Below the pieces are notes generated by a model that saw only the letters and a list, made by a program, of their open reading frames with translations, searched no databases and was not told where the DNA came from. From the NCBI RefSeq assembly GCF_014280175.1, contig NZ_CP047931.1:1230001-1262000 (forward strand): a stretch of DNA of 32,000 nt, in the 5' to 3' direction. Numbering within the stretch: the stretch's first letter is position 1; every line of letters begins with the position of its first letter. Origin of the DNA: Synechococcus sp. A15-28. Its GTDB lineage: Bacteria; Cyanobacteriota; Cyanobacteriia; PCC-6307; Cyanobiaceae. The translations under genes and the position numbers were made by a program. This document shows positions 25,425 to 32,000 of this stretch, piece by piece.

Positions 25425-25837
25425 CTTCCGTAAGCATCAAGCGACACAGAATTCGGCCAGAAGTGTTCGTCTGATCATCATCTTCAGAGAATCTTTGAGT
25501 CCACAGCCCCGAGCGATGGCCGTCGAAACCTCCATTTCGTCGCCATTGCAGCAGTCCAGGGGGTGCACGGAGGAGGAAATTGTTGAAAACACGCCCTCAC
25601 AACCATGCCGTTAACACCATTAACAGCCATATCGAACGATAAAAAAACAAAACCTGCTCTTCTCCCACGCCCTCTTCGTCCGGATGCAGATCGTCCGACA
25701 GGACAACGCATCGAGACCAGCTGGATGGAACTCCGCCAGGACTATTCAGGGCTTGGTTGAGGCCATTTCCACGCCAAAATCGTGTTGTGTAGCGGCACGA
25801 ACGACACAGCCGAAGACAGAGCCTGTAGAACTGTGAT

Positions 25838-25851
25838 GTAGCAACTGCTAC
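25838..25851. promoter_or_regulatory. Perfect GTA-N8-TAC palindrome (NtcA-type site)
   Basis: GTAGCAACTGCTAC, extended as TGTAGCA-AC-TGCTACA, ends 7 nt before leader copy 2. Confidence 0.45.
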
Positions 25852-25858
25852 AGCATCA

Positions 25859-25925
25859 CGTTCACCTCACCTCCGGTGAGGCGCAGTTCGACTCAGGCCA
25901 TGGAACGGGGACCTGAGCTTGCTTC
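25859..25925 (+). promoter_or_regulatory. Structured leader RNA, copy 2 (glutamine-riboswitch-like)
   Basis: CGUUC (25859-25863) pairs with GAACG in GGAACGGGG (25902-25910). The hairpin is CCUCACC/UCC/GGUGAGG. CUCAGG pairs with CCUGAG around the conserved CCAUGGAACGGGG. It lies directly upstream of a DUF4278-type peptide gene. Confidence 0.65.
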
Positions 25926-25937
25926 GAGGAACCCATC

Positions 25938-26042
25938 ATGACCCTGACCTATCGCGGCCAGAAGTACGTGCAGAACAACGCTGCTGCCCAAAACAGCAAG
26001 CGTTCTGTTTTGGTGTATCGCGGTCACAAAGTGGCTCAGTAA
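25938..26042 (+). CDS. DUF4278-type short peptide (34 aa)
   Basis: MTLTYRGQKYVQNNAAAQNSKRSVLVYRGHKVAQ has two YRGxK(Y/V) repeats, as remembered for DUF4278. It is absent from the ORF track (<60 aa) and is followed by an intrinsic terminator. Confidence 0.7.
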   Translation: MTLTYRGQKYVQNNAAAQNSKRSVLVYRGHKVAQ

Positions 26043-26068
26043 GCCCCATCGTTGATGTGGCTGACTTT

Positions 26069-26093
26069 CCCCGCCTTGGCGGGGCTTTTTTTT
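26069..26093 (+). terminator. Rho-independent terminator
   Basis: CCCCGCC-TT-GGCGGGG stem followed by C and T8, 27 nt after the DUF4278 stop. Confidence 0.7.
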
Positions 26094-26097
26094 GCCC

Positions 26098-26346
26098 TCA
26101 GCCAACGGTTAATTCACCATCAACGCCGTACTGATGTAGACACTGCTTCACCGTGAGCACCGACAGGGTGCTGCCTGTGTCGGCATCGAACAACACGTAG
26201 GGACAGCCCCGAACAACACAGCGACGGCGCGCATCCACGTAGGCATTAAACAGGGTCTGGTGGGAACATTCCTCCACCCAGCCGCTGCTGCTCAAATAGC
26301 GCGTCAGGATCATGCGCCCCTCACAGATGCTTCCGTGATGGCCCAT
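26098..26346 (-). CDS. Hypothetical Cys-containing protein (71-82 aa)
   Basis: ATG at 26346 or 26313. No family was recognised. Confidence 0.4.
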   Translation of the reverse strand: MGHHGSICEGRMILTRYLSSSGWVEECSHQTLFNAYVDARRRCVVRGCPYVLFDADTGSTLSVLTVKQCLHQYGVDGELTVG

Positions 26347-26476
26347 GCATCGGTGAGATCGCCGAAGTTACCTGAACTCTTCGGGATCAGAGCCGCCTGA
26401 TGGGTACCCCCTGTTGTTCAGCACAACCAACCAGCGCTTGAAGATCGCGTTAGGAGGGGGCGTCGACCCAATCGGA

Positions 26477-26662
26477 ATGCCACTGTTCGTCTGTGCCGGC
26501 TGCAGCATGCGCATCGAGCGCTCGATGGCCACTTATCTGCGCATGAAAGGCCGCGTGCTGTGCTCCACCTGTCTGGACCGCATGGAGGCTGAACAGACGG
26601 ATGGCAAAGACAGAAACGAACCAGGCCCCTCGAAGCCGACTCGAACCTCACCGATCAGTTGA
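26477..26662 (+). CDS. Small zinc-ribbon-like protein (61 aa)
   Basis: From the internal ATG 26477: MPLFVCAGCSMRIERSMATYLRMKGRVLCSTCLDRMEAEQ..., with CxxC...CxxC. Confidence 0.45.
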   Translation: MPLFVCAGCSMRIERSMATYLRMKGRVLCSTCLDRMEAEQTDGKDRNEPGPSKPTRTSPIS

Positions 26663-26731
26663 TGGCGACATTTCGTAGCTGATCACACCACATGAGTTGC
26701 CGCTGCAACGGACAGTGGGCTTGCGGAGAAA

Positions 26732-26820
26732 CCTAGGGTTCCGGTTCCGTCAGGGATGACTGGTCCGAGAGGTTTCGGTCGGTTCTGCCGACTGCACGGA
26801 GGGACAAAAGCCCGGGAGAC
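26732..26820 (+). promoter_or_regulatory. Guanidine-I (ykkC) riboswitch aptamer
   Basis: CTAGGGTTCCGG (26733-26744), GGTCCGAGAG (26762-26771) and ACGGAGGGACAAAAGCCCGGGAGA (26796-26819) occur in the order of the remembered ykkC consensus, 25 nt upstream of the hydrolase ATG. Confidence 0.85.
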
Positions 26821-26844
26821 CGCATCCACCCCATCTCCCCTCCG

Positions 26845-28035
26845 ATGTCCTCCCCCTCAGACCCCACTGGGGCCTTCCAGCGATCGCACCCCAGCGAGGG
26901 TTTCGCTGCGCTCGAAAAAGAACGGAAACTCCCGCTCACCGGCTGGCAACAGGAAGTTGATCAGGCCAAGCGTTTTGGCCTCGAAGCAGCCGAGAGCATC
27001 GTGGACCGCAACATCTCCACGTTTTCGCGAGGCGAATTGCCTCACTTTGCAGGAATCAACACTTTCATGAAGGCTCCCTACCTGGAGGATGTCACCCAGG
27101 TGGGGAACTACGACGTCGCCATCATCGGAGTACCCCACGATTGTGGGACGACGTACCGACCAGGCACCCGATTCGGCCCCCAGGGCATCCGCAGGATTTC
27201 TGCGCTGTACACCCCGTACAACTACGAGATGGGAGTGGACCTGCGTGAACAGATCACCCTGTGCGATGTCGGAGACATCTTCACGATTCCAGCCAACAAC
27301 GAGAAGAGTTTCGATCAGATCTCCAAGGGCATCGCCCACGTCTTCGCCAGCGGCGCCTTCCCGATCATTCTCGGCGGCGACCACTCCATCGGCTTCCCCA
27401 CTGTTCGTGGTGTTTGCCGCCATCTCGGTGACAAGAAAGTGGGCATCATCCACTTCGATCGACATGTCGACACCCAGGAGATCGACCTGGATGAACGCAT
27501 GCACACCTGTCCGTGGTTCCACGCCACCAACATGGCGAATGCCCCAGCTGAAAACCTGGTGCAGCTCGGCATCGGTGGTTGGCAAGTTCCCAGGGAAGGG
27601 GTGAAGGTTTGCCGTGAACGCGGCACCAACGTTCTCACAGTCACCGACATCACCGAGATGGGCCTGGAGGCGGCTGCTCAGTACGCCATAGAACGGGCCA
27701 CGGATGGTACTGACTGCGTCTACATCTCCTTTGATATCGACTGCATCGATGCCGGCTTTGTGCCGGGTACCGGTTGGCCCGAACCGGGCGGCCTGCTGCC
27801 GCGAGAAGCCCTCAAGCTGCTCGAGTTGATTGTCCGCAATATCCCGGTCTGTGGGCTCGAGATCGTTGAGGTGTCGCCTCCGTATGACATTAGTGACATG
27901 ACCTCATTGATGGCCACCCGCGTGATCTGCGATGCCATGGCTCACCTCGTGGTCAGCGGCCAGCTGCCCCGAAAGGGCACGCCGGCCTGGATCAGCGATG
28001 TCTGCAACATGAACGTCGATCAGAAGTGGAGGTAA
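26845..28035 (+). CDS. gdmH: Arginase-fold ureohydrolase, GdmH-like guanidine hydrolase (automated labels would say agmatinase/SpeB)
   Basis: Metal-ligand motifs GGDHSI, FDRHVD and SFDIDCIDAGFVPGTG. The length is about 396 aa with an N-terminal extension, as in Sll1077. It follows a guanidine riboswitch and precedes HypA/HypB-like genes. Confidence 0.8.
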   Translation: MSSPSDPTGAFQRSHPSEGFAALEKERKLPLTGWQQEVDQAKRFGLEAAESIVDRNISTFSRGELPHFAGINTFMKAPYLEDVTQVGNYDVAIIGVPHDCGTTYRPGTRFGPQGIRRISALYTPYNYEMGVDLREQITLCDVGDIFTIPANNEKSFDQISKGIAHVFASGAFPIILGGDHSIGFPTVRGVCRHLGDKKVGIIHFDRHVDTQEIDLDERMHTCPWFHATNMANAPAENLVQLGIGGWQVPREGVKVCRERGTNVLTVTDITEMGLEAAAQYAIERATDGTDCVYISFDIDCIDAGFVPGTGWPEPGGLLPREALKLLELIVRNIPVCGLEIVEVSPPYDISDMTSLMATRVICDAMAHLVVSGQLPRKGTPAWISDVCNMNVDQKWR

Positions 28036-28038
28036 GCC

Positions 28039-28437
28039 ATGCACGAAGTCGACATGACCAAATGTCTACAGATCTCCCTCAATGAGTGGCGGGAACGTCG
28101 GGATGATCCCAGCGCAATGGTGGAAGTCATTCATCTCGATGTGGGGCGTTTCACCTGCGTGGAGCCCGATCAGCTGGTGACCACGTACAACGCCGCTGTC
28201 CAGGGCACCTGGCTGGATGGCTCCCGACTCACCATCACAGACATCCCCTTCGTTGGGTGCTGTGTGCTCTGCAAAAGCAGTTATTCCCCAACTCCGGAGA
28301 ACGCCTACCGATCCCCCTGCTGTGATCACCCCCTTGAAGACATTCTCAGCGGCAGGGAACTGAGGATCCGCAGCATCGATTACCGCAGTGATCCAGGTGC
28401 TGCTCTTGAGTCCACCTCAATCCAGCGTTCGCGCTGA
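28039..28437 (+). CDS. ghaA: HypA-like nickel metallochaperone (GhaA-like)
   Basis: N-terminal MHE nickel-binding motif, and Cys cluster CCVLC-x15-CCDH in place of the usual two CxxC pairs. It starts 3 nt after the hydrolase stop. Confidence 0.75.
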
Positions 28438-28456
28438 AACCCATAACGACATAACC

Positions 28457-29176
28457 ATGCACATGCCCCTCGAGGACACCCTCGGTCTCAACCTTCTCGC
28501 CGCCAACCAACACCAGGCGGAGCACAACCAGGAGCACTTTGAGTGTTGGAACCTGCTCTGCCTCAATCTGATGAGCAGTCCTGGAGCCGGTAAGACGGCC
28601 CTGCTGGAACGCTCCCTTCCCGTCCTGACAGCGCAGCACAAGATGGCTGTCTTGGAGGGAGACATGACCACCCAGCTCGACGCTGAGCGGCTTGAGGCCG
28701 TCGGCATTCCGGTGGTGCCCATCACCACCGGTCGGGCGTGCCATCTCGATGCCTCCATGGTGAGCGGTGGGCTCACATTGCTGAAACAGCGACTGGATCC
28801 CGCCCAGCTCGATCTGCTGCTGGTGGAGAACGTCGGAAACCTCGTTTGTCCCGCCGAATTTGATGTTGGCGAACACCACAAGGTGGCCCTGCTCAGCGTC
28901 ACCGAAGGCGACGACAAACCACTTAAATACCCGCTGATGTTCCGTCAGGCCGATGTGGTGCTGATCACCAAGGTCGATCTGCTTCCCCACCTGCCTGTGG
29001 AGCTGGGGGCGATCCGCCGCAACATCCTCAGCATCAATCCCAACGCCACGGTGATCGAGGTCTCCGCCATCAGCGGCGAAGGGCTCGAGACCTGGCACCA
29101 GTGGGTGCGACAGGCCATTGCCGAGCGCACCACTGGAGCTTCAGCCATTCAGTCCCCCGCTCTGGCTACCGCCTGA
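28457..29176 (+). CDS. ghaB: HypB-like nickel GTPase (GhaB-like)
   Basis: P-loop SSPGAGKT, the CH metal motif (GRACHLDA), ENVGNLVCP and TKVDL. The ATG at 28457 is preferred over the track start at 28388, which overlaps the ghaA-like gene. Confidence 0.85.
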
Positions 29177-29214
29177 GCACAGTCCCTCTCCTCCTTCCCC
29201 ATCACGCCAATGCC

Positions 29215-30216
29215 ATGACCAAACAACTCCGCAATCTCCTGATCGCCGGCCTGGCGGTCGTTCTGGCCGTTGCCTGTTCCAAACCCTCAACGCCAGCGGT
29301 GGGCGGGACTCCGATCGTGCTCGGCTACAGCAACTGGGCCGGCTGGTGGCCATGGGCCATCGCCGTGGAAGAGAAGCTGTTCGAAAAGAACGGCGTGAAC
29401 GTTGAAATGAAATGGTTCGACGGCTACGTGCAGTCGATGGAAACCTTTGCTGCCGGCAAGATCGACGGCAATTCCCAAACACTCAACGACACCATCTCCT
29501 TCCTGCCTGGTGAGAACGGTGGCGAGGTTGTAGTGCTGGTCAACGACAATTCCGCCGGCAACGATCAGATCATTGCCGATGCCTCGATCACATCCGTCGC
29601 CGAACTAAAAGGCAAGACGGTGGCTGTGGAAGAAGGAGTCGTCGACGACTATCTGCTCAGCCTTGCCCTGAAGGATGTCGGCCTCAGCCGTGAGGATGTA
29701 GTGATCAAGGGCATGCCCACAGACCAGGCCGCCACGGCTTTCGCAGCCGGTCAGGTGGATGCTGTCGGCGCCTTCCCTCCTTACACCGGCACTGCTATGC
29801 AGCGAGAGGGTGCTCGGGTGATTGCCAGCTCCAAGGAGTATCCAGGCGCCATCCCTGATCTGCTCACTGTCAGTGGTGATTTGATCAAGGAACGGCCCGA
29901 CGACGTTCAAAAGATCGTCAAAACCTGGTGGGATGTGCGCGACTACATGGAGAAGAACCCCGAGAAATCGGAGGCGATCATGGCCAAGAGAGCTGGCATC
30001 CCCACAGAGGAATACGAGCAGTACAAGGACGGAACCCGTTTTTTCTCGATCAAGGAGAACCTGGAAGCTTTCAGCGATGGCGAGGGAATGCAATTCATGC
30101 CTTACGCCTCGGAATCCATGGCTGACTTCATGGTGTCGGTCGGATTCATTCCCGAGAAACCGGACATGAGCAACCTGTTCGATTCCAGCTTCATCAAGAA
30201 GGTCGCTGACTCCTGA
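29215..30216 (+). CDS. ABC transporter substrate-binding lipoprotein (NitT/TauT, NMT1-like)
   Basis: From ATG 29215: MTKQLRNLLIAGLAVVLAVAC (lipobox), then an NMT1/THI5-like SBP pattern (GYSNWAGWWPW). Confidence 0.82.
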   Translation: MTKQLRNLLIAGLAVVLAVACSKPSTPAVGGTPIVLGYSNWAGWWPWAIAVEEKLFEKNGVNVEMKWFDGYVQSMETFAAGKIDGNSQTLNDTISFLPGENGGEVVVLVNDNSAGNDQIIADASITSVAELKGKTVAVEEGVVDDYLLSLALKDVGLSREDVVIKGMPTDQAATAFAAGQVDAVGAFPPYTGTAMQREGARVIASSKEYPGAIPDLLTVSGDLIKERPDDVQKIVKTWWDVRDYMEKNPEKSEAIMAKRAGIPTEEYEQYKDGTRFFSIKENLEAFSDGEGMQFMPYASESMADFMVSVGFIPEKPDMSNLFDSSFIKKVADS

Positions 30217-31043
30217 TGACTGTCACGGCCGCCGCTGCCCACAAGGGGAAGAGCGCAGGGCTCCTCTCTCTGGTCACCCTGGGGGCCACCCCGTCGGGAA
30301 CCGTGCGCGGCGGCCTGCAGGTCGCCTCCCTGCTTCTTCCCCTGCTGGCCTGGGCTGCTATCGCCTCACTTGGGCTGGTGGATGAGAAATTTCTGCCGTC
30401 TCCAGCGGCTGTTTTCAAGTCCCTGGCCTCCATGGCCGAAAGCGGCATCCTGTTTCAGGACATCGTCGCCAGCACCGGACGCGTCTTCGCCGGATTCCTT
30501 CTGGCCACGGTGCTGGCCGTACCGATCGGTATCTGCATGGGGGTTTACCCGGCGATCTGCGCTCTCTGTGAGCCTCTGATCGCCATGCTGCGCTACATGC
30601 CGGCAGCCGCGTTCATCCCCCTGCTGATCATCTACCTCGGCATTGGTGAAGAACCCAAGATCGCGTTGATCTTTCTTGGCACGATCTATTTCAACATCCT
30701 GATGGTGATGGATGCGGTGAAATTCGTTCCCAAGGAACTCATCGAAACCACCCTGACACTCGGCGGCCGCAGCAGTCAGGTTCTGGTGCAGGTTGTGGCG
30801 CGTTACAGCTTGCCGAGCATCATCGACACCCTGCGCATCAACATCGCCACGTCCTGGAATCTCGTGGTGGTGGCTGAGCTTGTGGCAGCCGAAGTGGGTC
30901 TGGGCAAACGCATTCAATTGGCCCAGCGTTTCTTCCGCACGGATCAGATCTTTGCCGAGCTGATCGTGCTTGGGCTGATCGGGTTCGCTATCGACATGGG
31001 CTTCCGACTGTTGCTTCGTCTCAGCTGTCGTTGGGCGGTCTGA
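30216..31043 (+). CDS. ABC transporter permease (NitT/TauT family)
   Basis: About six TM helices and a BPD-type permease pattern. The ATG overlaps the SBP stop (TGATG at 30214-30218). Confidence 0.86.
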   Translation: MTVTAAAAHKGKSAGLLSLVTLGATPSGTVRGGLQVASLLLPLLAWAAIASLGLVDEKFLPSPAAVFKSLASMAESGILFQDIVASTGRVFAGFLLATVLAVPIGICMGVYPAICALCEPLIAMLRYMPAAAFIPLLIIYLGIGEEPKIALIFLGTIYFNILMVMDAVKFVPKELIETTLTLGGRSSQVLVQVVARYSLPSIIDTLRINIATSWNLVVVAELVAAEVGLGKRIQLAQRFFRTDQIFAELIVLGLIGFAIDMGFRLLLRLSCRWAV

Positions 31044-31045
31044 CC

Positions 31046-31801
31046 ATGGAACTGAGCGTCCATAACTTATCCAAGCGCTATGGCGACAAAACGATTCTCC
31101 AGGGCATCAATTTCTCGATGCAGTCCGGTGATTTCGTTACCTTCGTCGGCAGCTCAGGTTGTGGCAAGAGCACCCTGCTACGGCTGATTGCAGGTCTCGA
31201 TCAGCCCAGCAGCGGCAGCATCCATGTGGATGGTTCACCGGTTCAAGCGCCGGGCCCGGACCGTGGCATGGTGTTTCAGAAATACAGCCTCTATCCGTGG
31301 CTGAATGCAGCCGATAACGTCGCCTTCGGCATGCGGCTGCAAGGGTTGAAGCCAGCGGACGTGCGCGAGCGCACCGCCTACTTCCTGGAGGTGGTGGGTC
31401 TGCAGGAAGCCGCCACCAAACTCCCGCGGGAACTCTCCGGTGGCATGCAGCAACGGGTGGCCATCGCCCGAGCCTTGGCCACCAATCCAAGCGTGCTTCT
31501 CCTTGATGAACCCTTTGGTGCTCTGGACCTCCAGATTCGGGAAACCATGCAGGATTTCCTGCTCAAACTCTGGCAACGTACGGGTCTGACCGTGCTTCTG
31601 ATCACCCACGATGTGGAGGAAGCCCTCGTCCTGGCTCAACGGGTTTACGTGCTGGCACCAAACCCCGGCCGCATCATCCGCTCCCTCGACGTGAACCTGA
31701 ACAAAGGCGATCTGGACAAGCTCCGCCTCAGCGGTGAGTTCCTGCAGCTGCGCCGCAGCCTTTCAGGATCGCTGCGTCAGCTGGAATCAACCGTGGGTTG
31801 A
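31046..31801 (+). CDS. ABC transporter ATP-binding protein
   Basis: Walker A GSSGCGKST, signature LSGGMQQR, Walker B LLLDEPF and H-loop ITHD. The ATG at 31046 is preferred over TTG at 31031. Confidence 0.9.
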   Translation: MELSVHNLSKRYGDKTILQGINFSMQSGDFVTFVGSSGCGKSTLLRLIAGLDQPSSGSIHVDGSPVQAPGPDRGMVFQKYSLYPWLNAADNVAFGMRLQGLKPADVRERTAYFLEVVGLQEAATKLPRELSGGMQQRVAIARALATNPSVLLLDEPFGALDLQIRETMQDFLLKLWQRTGLTVLLITHDVEEALVLAQRVYVLAPNPGRIIRSLDVNLNKGDLDKLRLSGEFLQLRRSLSGSLRQLESTVG

Positions 31802-32000
31802 TGGCGCCAAACGAATTTCTGCCTTCGCACATCTACTGCACGGAGACATCACATCGTTGGGATCGAAGCCAATACGCCGGTCACTGGTGGCATCCTGTCG
31901 GCAGCGCCTGGGATCTCCAACCAGGGCACAGCCTGGCGGTCCAGCTGCTGGGGCAACAGCTGCTGCTGACGCGACCAGATGAAGGCCCGCCAATGGCCTT
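31801..32000 (+). CDS. Rieske-type [2Fe-2S] oxygenase, N-terminal fragment (3' end beyond the window)
   Basis: The ATG shares its A with the ATPase stop (TGATG). The frame is open to the window end and is not in the ORF track. HWWHPVGSAWDLQPGHSLAVQLLGQQLLLTRPDEG matches the W-x-PV...DL..G....LLG..L+L.R lead-in of Rieske domains. The CxH/CxxH ligands would lie beyond 32000. Confidence 0.5.
   Translation, partial: MAPNEFLPSHIYCTETSHRWDRSQYAGHWWHPVGSAWDLQPGHSLAVQLLGQQLLLTRPDEGPPMA

Noticed and set aside
25396-25860. Possible genes or an sRNA in the roughly 430-nt gap before leader copy 2 (ORFs 25396..25614 and 25484..25711).
   Set aside because: Both ORFs have implausible composition and overlap each other on opposite strands. 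I saw no stable terminator or recognisable RNA motif apart from the NtcA-type palindrome, which is reported separately.
1-32000. tRNA/rRNA genes, CRISPR arrays, transposases, integrases, and phage or defence-system genes.
   Set aside because: I scanned for T-loop-like GGTTCGAAT/GGTTCAAAT motifs, regularly spaced direct repeats, and DDE/tyrosine-recombinase-like ORFs. None was found.

Overview
The window is high-GC with short AT-rich islets, and its gene content looks like a marine picocyanobacterium (Synechococcus-like). All family calls come from reading the translations and from remembered motifs; no searches were run.

Layout:
- 1-3.1 kb: the OCP photoprotection cassette (ocp, cut by the window edge; crtW; frp) and a GT2 glycosyltransferase.
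- 3.1-12.3 kb: an accessory stretch of small secreted, membrane and hypothetical genes. It holds a DUF411 gene co-transcribed with an atypical LuxR-type response regulator, a DUF433 antitoxin-like gene next to a truncated DUF5615 remnant, and a yccF gene broken by a single TGG->TAG change.
- 12.4-15.8 kb: a FAD oxidoreductase and gamma-glutamyltranspeptidase, divergently oriented.
- 16-19.2 kb: operons of small proteins (Nif11-like, Cys-rich, DUF427, DoxX, DUF1330) and an AT-rich islet with tiny hydrophobic ORFs.
- 19.3-26.1 kb: SelO, lipocalin-like, DUF924, DUF3104-like, cupin and P450 genes.
- 26.7-32 kb: a guanidine utilisation locus.

The most interesting content is regulatory RNA tied to nitrogen metabolism:
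1. Two paralogous structured leaders (about 19278-19344 and 25859-25925) show compensatory stem changes and resemble the glutamine-riboswitch family. One precedes a 34-aa DUF4278-type peptide and abuts a perfect GTA-N8-TAC (NtcA-type) palindrome. The other precedes a 58-aa ORF and the AMPylase gene selO.
2. A clear guanidine-I (ykkC) aptamer (about 26732-26820) heads an operon of an arginase-fold GdmH-like hydrolase, HypA/HypB-like nickel chaperones, a NitT/TauT-type ABC importer and a translationally coupled Rieske protein cut by the window end.

No tRNA, rRNA, CRISPR array, transposase or integrase was seen. Many long ORFs in the track are antisense shadows of real genes, and several plausible genes fall below the track's 60-aa cut-off.
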